NCBI GenBank assembly: GCA_028688415.1
Contig: JAQTYF010000001.1
Coordinates: forward strand, 464,627 to 528,626
DNA length: 64,000 bases
Source of the DNA: Candidatus Moraniibacteriota bacterium
GTDB lineage: Bacteria > Patescibacteriota > Minisyncoccia > Moranbacterales > UBA1568
Direction of reading: 5' to 3'
Below the pieces are notes generated by a model that ran no database searches, had not been told where the DNA came from, and saw nothing but the letters and a program-made list of their open reading frames with translations. Both the position numbers and the translations under genes were made by a program. Numbering within the stretch: position 1 is the first letter of the stretch; each line of letters starts with the position of its first letter. Positions 50,467 through 59,198 of this stretch are shown piece after piece.

Positions 50467-52005
50467 ATGAATCACACCAGAAAGTTCTTTATCTATACAC
50501 GAAAGAGTACCGATACGGAAGATCGGCAGGTCAGAAGCATTTCGGATCAACTGGCCGAACTCAAAGAATTGGCGGTAAAAGAAAATATCGAGGTTGTTGA
50601 TGTCTTTGTGGAAAAACAGACCGCCAAAGTCCCCGGCCGACCAGTCTTTAATGAAATGCTTCTACGTATCGAAGCAAATGAAGCGAGCGGGATTTTATCG
50701 TGGCATCCCGATCGTTTGGCTCGAAACTCCGTAGATGGTGGCAAGATCATCTATTTGCTCGATACGGGAAAAATAACCGAACTGAAATTTCCAACGTTCT
50801 GGTGTGATCCGACACCGCAAGGAAAGTTCATGCTCTCCATCGCTTTTTCCCAATCCAAGTATTACGTGGACAATTTGAGTGAAAATATCAAGCGTGGGCA
50901 CCGCAACAAAGTGAAGGATGGTATCTGGCCTCAAATGGCTCCTCTGGGGTATGTAAACGTCAAAGGAAGAGGTATTGCGCCACATCCAGAGCTTGCGCCC
51001 CTCATATGCAAGGCATTTGAGGCCTACGCCACAGGCAACTTCACTTTGCGTCAGATTCGCGAAAAGTTTAACGCGCTTGGATTGAAAGGAAAAAGTACAG
51101 AGCTTTCAGTGTCGAACTATCAGACGATTCTCCATAACCCTATCTACTGCGGATTGATCCGCTACAATGGCGAAATCTACGAAGGTAAGTACGAGCCGAT
51201 TATCCCAAAGAAACTTTTTGATCTCTGTCAGGAAGTGATGACAAGAAAGAGCAAGCCGAAAGGCAAAGGTTTGAAAACATATTTGTATCGAGGATTTTTC
51301 CGTTGCGGAGAATGCGGGTGTTTCATTACAACCGAAACACAAAAAGGTCATAACTATTTGCGATGTACGAAACGGAAAAATCCTTGTTTGCAAAAATATG
51401 TCCGTGAAGAACTCATCACTTCTCAAATTAAAGAAGAAATCAAAAAAGTTTCTTTGCCACTCGATTGGGCAAATTGGATGATTGTCGAAAATGAAAAAGA
51501 CCGACAATCAGAAAATCAACCAAGCGAGCTTTTTGCTCAAAAAACCAAAGATGAAATTTCTCTTTTGGATTCTAAAATTGAGAAGCTGATGACTGCGTAT
51601 TTAGAGAGTGTGCTTTCATTGGAAGAATATCGAACAATGAAAAGCAAGCTGGTCAATCAAAAACAGCTTCTCAAAGAGAAATTGGCTGCTTTTGAGCAAA
51701 AAGCGAATAATCGGTTCGAACTCACTAACAAGTTTCTAAAACTCAATCTGGAAGCCAAGGAATTGGCAAACGAGCGAACAGACGAAGAAAATCTTCATCT
51801 GTTCAAAAAGATCGGTTCGAACTTTATTTTGGAAGCTCGAACCATATCTTTTGAGCCCCGCTCCGCGTGGCGCATCCTCTCAGATCGGGGATTTCGTGGG
51901 GGGAACGCAGAACAGACGGCGCTACGCGTCGACGCTATTTCTTCTCCAATTTTGAATTCCGAATTTTTGCGGAGAGGGAGGGATTCGAACCCTCGAGAGT
52001 TGTAA
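50467..52005 (+). CDS. Large serine recombinase (resolvase catalytic domain, recombinase domain, zinc ribbon, coiled coil)
   Basis: YTRKSTDTEDRQ (catalytic Ser), DRLARN, recombinase domain, CGECGC...C..C zinc ribbon. The ORF reads through the repeat at 51853-51968 and into the tRNA, so the true 3-prime end is uncertain. Confidence 0.85.
   Translation: MNHTRKFFIYTRKSTDTEDRQVRSISDQLAELKELAVKENIEVVDVFVEKQTAKVPGRPVFNEMLLRIEANEASGILSWHPDRLARNSVDGGKIIYLLDTGKITELKFPTFWCDPTPQGKFMLSIAFSQSKYYVDNLSENIKRGHRNKVKDGIWPQMAPLGYVNVKGRGIAPHPELAPLICKAFEAYATGNFTLRQIREKFNALGLKGKSTELSVSNYQTILHNPIYCGLIRYNGEIYEGKYEPIIPKKLFDLCQEVMTRKSKPKGKGLKTYLYRGFFRCGECGCFITTETQKGHNYLRCTKRKNPCLQKYVREELITSQIKEEIKKVSLPLDWANWMIVENEKDRQSENQPSELFAQKTKDEISLLDSKIEKLMTAYLESVLSLEEYRTMKSKLVNQKQLLKEKLAAFEQKANNRFELTNKFLKLNLEAKELANERTDEENLHLFKKIGSNFILEARTISFEPRSAWRILSDRGFRGGNAEQTALRVDAISSPILNSEFLRRGRDSNPREL
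51853..51968. repeat. 116-bp unit immediately 3-prime of tRNA-Ser(GCU)
   Basis: Inverted copy of 50328-50447. Confidence 0.85.
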
Positions 52006-52056
52006 CACTCTACCACGTTAGCAGTGTGGGGCCTTCAGCCGCTCGGCCACCTCTCC
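51970..52056 (-). tRNA. tRNA-Ser (anticodon GCU), long variable arm
   Basis: Reverse complement reads GGAGAGGTGGCCGAGCGGCTGAAGGC..CTGCTAA..GAGGGTTCGAATCCCTCCCTCTCC, with the same layout as E. coli tRNA-Ser(GCU). Confidence 0.8.
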
Positions 52057-52069
52057 TTTTTTGCTTTAT

Positions 52070-53098
52070 CTAAGCCATTTTATATCTTTCCAAGTGTTTC
52101 GGATTATGTGTCCCGACGACCTGAAAATACTTTTCGACATCCTTCCTCGCTTCTATACGTATATCCCAACCATTTTTCATTATGCGGTGTTTGATACCTA
52201 AAATCAAGAGGATCTCACTCGCTGACTGGAGAAGCGGATGTGATCGACTGGTAAAACCAATCTTTTTGTAACAATATCTCTTCCCTTTTGAGAGGTACTT
52301 ATGCAGTATAATACAACCATCAGTATCAATCAAGCCACGCAGGCAAGCAATGGAATAGCACTGATTTTTCTTTACCCATAACGGAATGTCGACTTGTTGC
52401 TTTACTTTGTTCCCCTGCTTCAATCCTAGTTCATCAATAAGATACGTGATGAGAGCAGTTCGTGAGACCATAATACGTTCAGCAAGAAATTTCTTATTCA
52501 GACAAACCCCAAAAGAAACCTCAAAAAGATTGTTGATTAATTGCTGAACAAATATTGAGTACTTTTTATCGGTTAGAGTGTTGAGGGTAATTGTAAATTG
52601 ATGTTTACTTATTCCTCCGTCTCCGAGCATTATTCCGACAAACTCAGCGAGGTCTTCTGACGGTGTCGGTCTCTTGAAAGGAAGTGCTTGAGTAATTTTT
52701 GATGGGTTGAGATGTCCTTCTTTTTCCCACCATTCTCGCCACTTCGTTTTGCGATATTCGGGGTCACCTCCTACGATGCCGTATTTCTTCAGAACTGCTT
52801 TTCCTCCAGCTGATGAACCTTGCTTGGTATACCAATAAGCATCTTTGATAACAATGTTTTCCGGCATTTCTCTTTTTCTTTTCTTGCAAATCTGCTCGAC
52901 AGCAAAAAGTGACATCGAAATTTTTTCATTCCTCCAATCATTGAGATTGCGCACGCTCGTCCCAGCGACTTCCGCTAATTTTTCCCACGTACCAAAAAAT
53001 TCTTCTTTCGATTGCAAAAGAAACTCTTTTTGTTTTCCTTTTGGAAATATAACTCTTTTAGAATTCAACTGTTCAGCCATATCTCCATAATAGCACAA
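52070..53098 (-). CDS. Free-standing double-motif LAGLIDADG endonuclease-like protein with an N-terminal HTH-like extension
   Basis: Motif 1 EFVGIMLGDGGIS and motif 2 LRGLIDTDGCII, spaced about 100 aa apart as in single-chain LAGLIDADG enzymes. Confidence 0.6.
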   Translation of the reverse strand: MCYYGDMAEQLNSKRVIFPKGKQKEFLLQSKEEFFGTWEKLAEVAGTSVRNLNDWRNEKISMSLFAVEQICKKRKREMPENIVIKDAYWYTKQGSSAGGKAVLKKYGIVGGDPEYRKTKWREWWEKEGHLNPSKITQALPFKRPTPSEDLAEFVGIMLGDGGISKHQFTITLNTLTDKKYSIFVQQLINNLFEVSFGVCLNKKFLAERIMVSRTALITYLIDELGLKQGNKVKQQVDIPLWVKKNQCYSIACLRGLIDTDGCIILHKYLSKGKRYCYKKIGFTSRSHPLLQSASEILLILGIKHRIMKNGWDIRIEARKDVEKYFQVVGTHNPKHLERYKMA

Positions 53099-53163
53099 AA
53101 CGTATGTATTCCAAAAAAAATTGTTTTCTCTGCTATACTAAAGAGAACCAATATGTACCACCT

Positions 53164-53766
53164 ATGAAAACACGATGTCAGTGGGTGCCGGAGGGAGATG
53201 CACTCTATGAAAAATATCACGATGAAGAATGGGGTGTCCGCACGTATGATGATCGGAGACTATTCGAGTTTCTCGTGCTCGAGAGTGCGCAGGCCGGTCT
53301 CTCGTGGGCGACGATTCTCAAAAGACGATCAGGATACAAGAAAGCCTTCGTCAATTTTGATCCGAAGAAAGTGGCAAAGTTCACTCGTCGTGATATCGAG
53401 AGACTCTCGAAAGATGCTTCTATCATCAGACATCGCCTCAAAATAGAATCAGCGGTGAGCAATGCGAGACTCTTCCTCGAAGTACAGAAGGAATATGGAT
53501 CGTTCGCCAACTATCTCGCTCAGTTCCTGAACCCTTATCAAGACAAGAAAAAGAAACGCTCTTTCGCAGATGTTCCTCTCTTCACAGAGGAAGCAGAAAT
53601 GCTTGCCAAAGATTTGAAGAAACGTGGGTTCAAATTCTTTGGTCCGCTCATCGGTTATGCATATATGCAGGCGATCGGTATGGTGAACGATCACACGACT
53701 GACTGCTTCCGATACAACGAAATCGAAAAAGAGAAGGATTTACTTAGCGGTCCAACCGCTAAGTAA
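53164..53766 (+). CDS. tag: DNA-3-methyladenine glycosylase I
   Basis: CQWVPEGDALYEKYHDEEWGVRTYDDRRLFEFLVLESAQAGLSW. The ORF spans 53104-53766; the start is taken at MKTRCQW. Confidence 0.85.
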   Translation: MKTRCQWVPEGDALYEKYHDEEWGVRTYDDRRLFEFLVLESAQAGLSWATILKRRSGYKKAFVNFDPKKVAKFTRRDIERLSKDASIIRHRLKIESAVSNARLFLEVQKEYGSFANYLAQFLNPYQDKKKKRSFADVPLFTEEAEMLAKDLKKRGFKFFGPLIGYAYMQAIGMVNDHTTDCFRYNEIEKEKDLLSGPTAK

Positions 53767-53780
53767 ATAAAAGGAAATAA

Positions 53781-53817
53781 AAAAAACAACCCCGATCGCT
53801 CAAGGTTGTTTTTTTGG
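53781..53817. terminator. Bidirectional intrinsic terminator between tag and the RRM gene
   Basis: aaaaaacaacc..ggttgttttttt. Confidence 0.6.
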
Positions 53818-53855
53818 ATTGCATCAAGAGAGTTGCCTACCTCGATGCATCGCTA

Positions 53856-54182
53856 CTACCAACGGCTTGCGCCCTGATCATTGCTTCCGCTGTTGTTGTA
53901 ACTGCGGTTGCCACCAGTGCGAGGAGCACGCTCTTCCATAGGACGAGCTTCGTTGACAGTGAGTGTACGTCCGTCGAGTTCTTTGCCATTCCAGAGAGCG
54001 ATAGCTTTTTGAGCATCTTCTTCTGAAGCCATCTCAACAAATGCGAAACCGCGTGAGCGACCTGTCATTTTGTCGATGATGATTTTGGCAGAAACGACTG
54101 CACCTGCTTGAGCAAAAGCTGCTTGCAGAGCATCCTCGGTAGAACCGTAGGAAACGCCACCAACATACAATTTGGTTGCCAT
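53856..54182 (-). CDS. RRM-type glycine-rich RNA-binding protein
   Basis: KLYVGGVSYGSTEDAL (RNP2) and RGFAFVEM (RNP1). Confidence 0.85.
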   Translation of the reverse strand: MATKLYVGGVSYGSTEDALQAAFAQAGAVVSAKIIIDKMTGRSRGFAFVEMASEEDAQKAIALWNGKELDGRTLTVNEARPMEERAPRTGGNRSYNNSGSNDQGASRW

Positions 54183-54370
54183 ATTCGAATCTACTAACCT
54201 GATTACTGTGTAAGGTGACCTTTCCCAGAGCCTGCAAAACAGGCTCCCTCTGGCTCTACTGCGAACATTCGAGATTTGGCAACCTCTGTCGTCGAGCGTT
54301 ACTCCAGAAAGAAAAACTTACAACACATCTATTGTAGCACAAAGAACAGAAAAAAGCAAGAGAAAAGGCT

Positions 54371-54571
54371 CTAATCAGAGGAACAGCGTCCATTTGTTAC
54401 CTGGATATCCAGCCGATTCAAAGCAATGACAGCCTGTTCTAGCGTCTCCCCTGCCTGCACCGTCATTTCTATCGTATCATCATTGATTTTCTTCACACCA
54501 AAACGTGCGATAAGTTCCTCGGTCGATGAAGAGAGAGGTGTGATGAGATCAAAAAGGAATGTTTTTTTCAT
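54371..54571 (-). CDS. Small hypothetical protein at the 3-prime end of the Ehr-like operon
   Basis: The ORF spans 54371-54688; the start is taken at MKKTFLFD to avoid overlap. Confidence 0.3.
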   Translation of the reverse strand: MKKTFLFDLITPLSSSTEELIARFGVKKINDDTIEMTVQAGETLEQAVIALNRLDIQVTNGRCSSD

Positions 54572-54593
54572 ACGCGTTCTCCTATTATAGACA

Positions 54594-56153
54594 CTACAAA
54601 TCATTTCCCGAATAGGAAAGATTGAAACTTTTGTTGATAAGTGGGAAATCTGGAACAACATTGTCGAAACCAGCACTCCGAAGAGCATTCCAGTTCACAA
54701 ACGACGGGTCCCGAGGAAACACACGACTCACTCGTCCGTCACTATCAGTGGTGATGAAATACATAATCTCTCCTCGCCAACCCTCTACCGCACTCAGTGC
54801 AAGAGCGTTCTTCTGAAGAACAATCGGCTCTGTGACATCCGCACGAATCAGTCCGAGAGGAAGAGTTTCGAGAAGAGAGGTAATAATATGGAACGATGTG
54901 TATACTTCTTTCACGCGTATATGGAATCGAGCGAATGCGTCACCCTCTGATTCGATAGGGATATCACCAAGAGAAACCATAGTGTATCCTGCATACGGAT
55001 AGTCCCATCGTGTGTCTTGTACGATACCGCTCGCTCGTCCTGCAACACCGATGATACCCATATCGCTCGCTACATCACTGACGAGTGTGCCGGTCTCTCT
55101 CATACGATTGAGAAGTGATGTACTGTTCTCTGCGACATCAATAATCTCTGTAAAATCTCGTTTAAGAGACTGTATCTCTTCTCCGAGCAGATGCTGTTGT
55201 TCTGGTGTCATGTCCCGAGTCACACCACCGACGACATTGACCCCGCGAAGAAACCGGCTTCCTGTCAATCGTTCATTGATACGAAGCACTGTCTCTCGAA
55301 TCCTCGCACCCTGAGCCCCACCAAAATTAAATCCTGTATCCATCATCATCGCTCCGATATCTCCGAAATGATTCGCGAGTCGTTCGAGCTCTGCATAGAT
55401 CACTCGAAGGGCGAGACCGCGTATTGGTACGGATATCGCTCCCAGTTGCTCGATTGCCTGACAGAATGCAAATGAATGAGAAAAAGAACTGTCTCCAGAT
55501 ATTTTTTCAGAAAGACGTACCTGATCACTCATTGACAACGCTTCGAACAATTTCTCAGTGCCTTTGTGAGTAAATCCAAGACGAGCTTCAAGAAGAACAA
55601 TACTCTCCCCTGCTACACTAAAACGGAAATGTCCCGGCTCGATAATCCCCGCATGAATCGGACCAACGGGAATTTCATAAATACCCTCTCCGGATACTTC
55701 CTGAAAATCGTATCTCCCACTCACTCTCTCTGGTCTCGTCTGCATATCAAAATCCAGGCGGAGCGGGAATACGTCCTCTGGCCAATGCTCATGCAAGATG
55801 AGTGATCGCAGATCGGGATGATCGACTGGGGTCAGTCCAAAAAAAGTATGTACACGTCGTTCATAATTCCATGCCGAATGAATGAATGGTGCGAGTGAAG
55901 GAAAATCCGTGGTATCACGGAGGAGAGTCGAAAGAACAACAAAGGAATGCTGTTTTGCATCACCAAAGACATACCAAAGATTGAAACCGTTTTGTGTTTC
56001 ACGTTCGTCCGTAGCAGTCATCAGTTTGAATACGAGATGATCTTTTTCTACAAGATCAATCGCTGTTTGTACGATATCAACAACCGGTACTTCTACAACA
56101 GTCATCGTACCAACAGTCATTGTTTTGAAATTTTTCGAAAATGAATAGGTCAT
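54594..56153 (-). CDS. Ehr-type NuoC/NuoD-like fused large subunit lacking NiFe-ligand cysteines
   Basis: GPIHAGIIEPGHFRF resembles HycE/EchE. KISGDS stands where RICGIC is expected, and DPSFVNW stands at the C-terminal DPCxxC position. Confidence 0.8.
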   Translation of the reverse strand: MTYSFSKNFKTMTVGTMTVVEVPVVDIVQTAIDLVEKDHLVFKLMTATDERETQNGFNLWYVFGDAKQHSFVVLSTLLRDTTDFPSLAPFIHSAWNYERRVHTFFGLTPVDHPDLRSLILHEHWPEDVFPLRLDFDMQTRPERVSGRYDFQEVSGEGIYEIPVGPIHAGIIEPGHFRFSVAGESIVLLEARLGFTHKGTEKLFEALSMSDQVRLSEKISGDSSFSHSFAFCQAIEQLGAISVPIRGLALRVIYAELERLANHFGDIGAMMMDTGFNFGGAQGARIRETVLRINERLTGSRFLRGVNVVGGVTRDMTPEQQHLLGEEIQSLKRDFTEIIDVAENSTSLLNRMRETGTLVSDVASDMGIIGVAGRASGIVQDTRWDYPYAGYTMVSLGDIPIESEGDAFARFHIRVKEVYTSFHIITSLLETLPLGLIRADVTEPIVLQKNALALSAVEGWRGEIMYFITTDSDGRVSRVFPRDPSFVNWNALRSAGFDNVVPDFPLINKSFNLSYSGNDL

Positions 56154-56163
56154 AGAAAGTGTG

Positions 56164-57615
56164 TTAGTAATGAGCTACGACATCATCTATCAGTGTCTGG
56201 AGAAATGTCGGAAGCGTAAAACTCAAGACAATAATGAGAATCACGAAAAAAATCTGAGGAATAACAAGCCAGATATTTTTTTCTCCATGTTCTTGATCTC
56301 CTTCTTGCTCTGTACTCTCGGAAAGAAACATCGCAGTAATGTGCCGAAGGAAACCAATGAACACAAGTGTCATAAAGAAAATAGCAGAAAAAGTAACATA
56401 CGGATGTTCTGCAATACCTGCAGAAAGAATATAAATCTTGCTCAAGAATATCCCAAACGGCGGTGTCCCTGTCACGATAAGAAAACCAAGGATGAAAAGC
56501 ACACTCGTGACAGGGATGACGCGCAAGGCATTCTTTACATTACCTATTTTTGCCGATCCATACGTAAGGAGGAGATTGCCTGCAGAGAAAAACATCACGA
56601 CTTTCACACAGGAATGATAGATCATGTGAAGCACTGCACCGAGCACTCCGAGTCCCCCGAAACCAAAACCAAGAGCGATGATACCAGCGTTTTCGATACT
56701 CGAATAGGCGAGAAGACGTTTGTAATTTCTCGCGTTGAACATGATAAGTGCAGCGACAACAATAGAGAGGAGACCAAAGACAAGGAAGAGTTGATGAGAG
56801 AATGACTGTCCGACAACAGCATCGGTGATTCTCTGAAATCGAAGAATAACAAAAAATGCGACTGGGAGGAGCGCTCCAGCAAGCAATGCCCCGAGTGGTG
56901 CAGGAGCTTTACTATACGCATCTGGCTTCCACGTGTGCATCGGAGCGAGTCCTACTTTGGTTCCATAACCGATGAGCACAAAAACAAAAGCGATCTTGGC
57001 AATAAGCGGATCGAGATGATCGGTATTTGAAAGGAGATCACTCCACCCAATAAAACCGCCATTAAGTGTCGATGGAACAGATGTGAAATAGAGCATCGTC
57101 CCAAAAAATCCGAGGAGGAGACCAACAGCATTGATAATGAGATATTTCCAAGCACCTTCGATAGATGATGGTTTGTTATAAAAACTGATGAGAAATGCTG
57201 TCGAGAGTGTCGTCGCTTCGATAGCGATCCAAGCAAAGATAGGACTCGTGGCTGTCGTTGCTAGATACATCGCCACAAGAAAGACAAAGAGAAGTACAAA
57301 ATATTCCTTCACTCGTGTGAAACCGACAATCCCCTTCTTGGTTTCTTGATTGAAATAGGCAACCGAATAGAGAGATGTCGCACATCCAATACAACCGATA
57401 ATAAGGATGATGATCGCTCCAAGGGCGTCCACCGAAAAGAAGAGAGAAGATGTATAGATACCCTCATTCGCAACCGAGAGAGCAATAAGGAAAGAATACA
57501 CCAATACAACGACGCTCGAAAAAATAGAAAGGAGTTCGATGACACGTCGATTCTTGATCAAGACAAGAAGAAGAGAAGTAATAAAAAGTGTCGAAAGAAG
57601 AAGTATGAGGTACAT
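56164..57615 (-). CDS. NuoN/NuoM (MrpD-type antiporter-like) membrane subunit
   Basis: 483 aa with about 14 TM segments and antiporter-like repeats. Confidence 0.75.
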   Translation of the reverse strand: MYLILLLSTLFITSLLLVLIKNRRVIELLSIFSSVVVLVYSFLIALSVANEGIYTSSLFFSVDALGAIIILIIGCIGCATSLYSVAYFNQETKKGIVGFTRVKEYFVLLFVFLVAMYLATTATSPIFAWIAIEATTLSTAFLISFYNKPSSIEGAWKYLIINAVGLLLGFFGTMLYFTSVPSTLNGGFIGWSDLLSNTDHLDPLIAKIAFVFVLIGYGTKVGLAPMHTWKPDAYSKAPAPLGALLAGALLPVAFFVILRFQRITDAVVGQSFSHQLFLVFGLLSIVVAALIMFNARNYKRLLAYSSIENAGIIALGFGFGGLGVLGAVLHMIYHSCVKVVMFFSAGNLLLTYGSAKIGNVKNALRVIPVTSVLFILGFLIVTGTPPFGIFLSKIYILSAGIAEHPYVTFSAIFFMTLVFIGFLRHITAMFLSESTEQEGDQEHGEKNIWLVIPQIFFVILIIVLSFTLPTFLQTLIDDVVAHY

Positions 57616-57618
57616 AGA

Positions 57619-58266
57619 TTAATCTGTTAAATTTTTCATAGTCGTTACATCGTGTGATCGAAAGTGTTTGTAAATCATCGAAACAAAGACCGTCGCGATC
57701 ATAATCCACACAAAAATATTAAAGAGTATTCCTATCTGCAAGTTCGGAGATTGTTCAAGTCCGGCAAAAATGATGAATACGACGATACTGTTTTCGAGAG
57801 ACAATATGCTCAGGATTTGAGAGAGAGCTTCTTTGCGATTGACGATGAGGAAGAGTGCAATGAAAATTGACGAAAGTGTGAGAGAAAGCAAGACTTGATG
57901 TTCTGGGACGATATGTGTGAGAGGAAGGAACTTGTTCGAGTGTGCCATAAATGTCAGTACGGCAATCAAGATGAGAGTGATAGGCATATTCAAATAGGTA
58001 TTCACCGAAAAAGAAAGATTGTTTTTTCGTATCAGTCGGAAGAAGAACATCGGTGCAAGTACTACTTTGATCACAAAAGTAAAAAGCACCATCAGAAGAA
58101 TAGAAGCATTTCCTGTCTCGAGAAAAGAAGAGAAGAAAAGAAGAGCGAGGACGAATGATTGTACACCAAATGCAACCACTGCGACAAAATTCTTTTTTGT
58201 CAGATGCATTACGACGAGTGTGAGAAATATCACATCAACAAGAAATTGGAGAAAAAGTATACTCAT
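57619..58266 (-). CDS. HyfE/NuoK-like small membrane subunit
   Basis: 215 aa polytopic; position in the operon. Confidence 0.5.
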   Translation of the reverse strand: MSILFLQFLVDVIFLTLVVMHLTKKNFVAVVAFGVQSFVLALLFFSSFLETGNASILLMVLFTFVIKVVLAPMFFFRLIRKNNLSFSVNTYLNMPITLILIAVLTFMAHSNKFLPLTHIVPEHQVLLSLTLSSIFIALFLIVNRKEALSQILSILSLENSIVVFIIFAGLEQSPNLQIGILFNIFVWIMIATVFVSMIYKHFRSHDVTTMKNLTD

Positions 58267-59195
58267 AAAGAATGGACGAGGCCGATAGCCACAGCGTTAA
58301 GGATGAACGATGCTACGAGGAGATCAGGGAGACGGAAAAATCGAAACTTCGCCATACTTGATTCTATCAGAGCGATGACAATACAAAATACAAACAATTT
58401 CAGAAGGAGCGCTCCAATACCGATCAGAAGAGCGCTCATCGACACGCTCGAAGAGAGACCGATAGGAAAGAAAATATTCGCCCCAAGGGCAAAGAACACG
58501 ACAAGCTTGTTCGCTGATGCCCATTCCATCAGTGCGAGACGTTTACCTGAATATTCGAGAATCATTGCCTCGTGAATCATCGTAAGCTCGAGATGCGTCG
58601 CAGGATTGTCGAATGGAAAACGTGCCGTCTCTGCAAGGAGAACAATGAAAAATCCTGAGAATGCAAGTACAACAGGAATAAAGTATTGTCCATTATGAAA
58701 AAGCGGATGAGAGGCGATATCAAAAAGATCAGTCGTCCCCGCCATGAGTGCGAGTGTCAAAAGTGAGAAAATAAATCCCCCTTCAGCGAGAGCTGAAAGA
58801 GTCATCTCGCGACTCGAGCCAAACCCTCCGAAAGCTCCTCCAATATCCATACCAGAAAGAGCGAGGAAGAACGTTCCGAGAGCGAGTGCGTAGACAATTA
58901 CAAGTGCATCACTTGTAAGAGAGAGTCCTGACACAAGAGAGAAGAGAGGTATGTTCCAACCGACAAAGATCGTCACAGTAAAGACGATGAATGGTGCAAC
59001 AAAAAATATCCATGAAGCATCTCTACTCACACGTTCATCTTTGTGGAACAGCTTCCAGAGGTCTCGATATGGCTGTACGATACTGGCGCCCTGTCTGTTT
59101 TGCAACCTCGCCTTGATTTTTTTGATCACACCGACACACAGAGGTGAAACCACTGGAACAAACAAACCTTGAAGAAGAAAAAGAAAGAATGTCAT
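58263..59195 (-). CDS. NuoH/HycD-like membrane subunit
   Basis: QPYRDLWKLFHKDE motif typical of NuoH/HycD. Confidence 0.8.
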   Translation of the reverse strand: MTFFLFLLQGLFVPVVSPLCVGVIKKIKARLQNRQGASIVQPYRDLWKLFHKDERVSRDASWIFFVAPFIVFTVTIFVGWNIPLFSLVSGLSLTSDALVIVYALALGTFFLALSGMDIGGAFGGFGSSREMTLSALAEGGFIFSLLTLALMAGTTDLFDIASHPLFHNGQYFIPVVLAFSGFFIVLLAETARFPFDNPATHLELTMIHEAMILEYSGKRLALMEWASANKLVVFFALGANIFFPIGLSSSVSMSALLIGIGALLLKLFVFCIVIALIESSMAKFRFFRLPDLLVASFILNAVAIGLVHSL

Positions 59196-59198
59196 AGG

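Larger units (their letters stand above)
44206..52056. mobile_element. Candidate integrative or invertible element: long inverted repeats bracket a 5.6 kb cassette and a large serine recombinase gene, adjacent to tRNA-Ser(GCU)
   Basis: See the repeat features. The cargo carries lexA, an MBL-fold gene, an XRE + HExxH pair and membrane proteins. Confidence 0.45.

Noticed and set aside
51970-52056. Possibility that tRNA-Ser(GCU) is interrupted by a group I intron, given the adjacent LAGLIDADG gene
   Set aside because: The tRNA sequence is contiguous and folds into a complete cloverleaf with an intact anticodon loop, so there is no intron.
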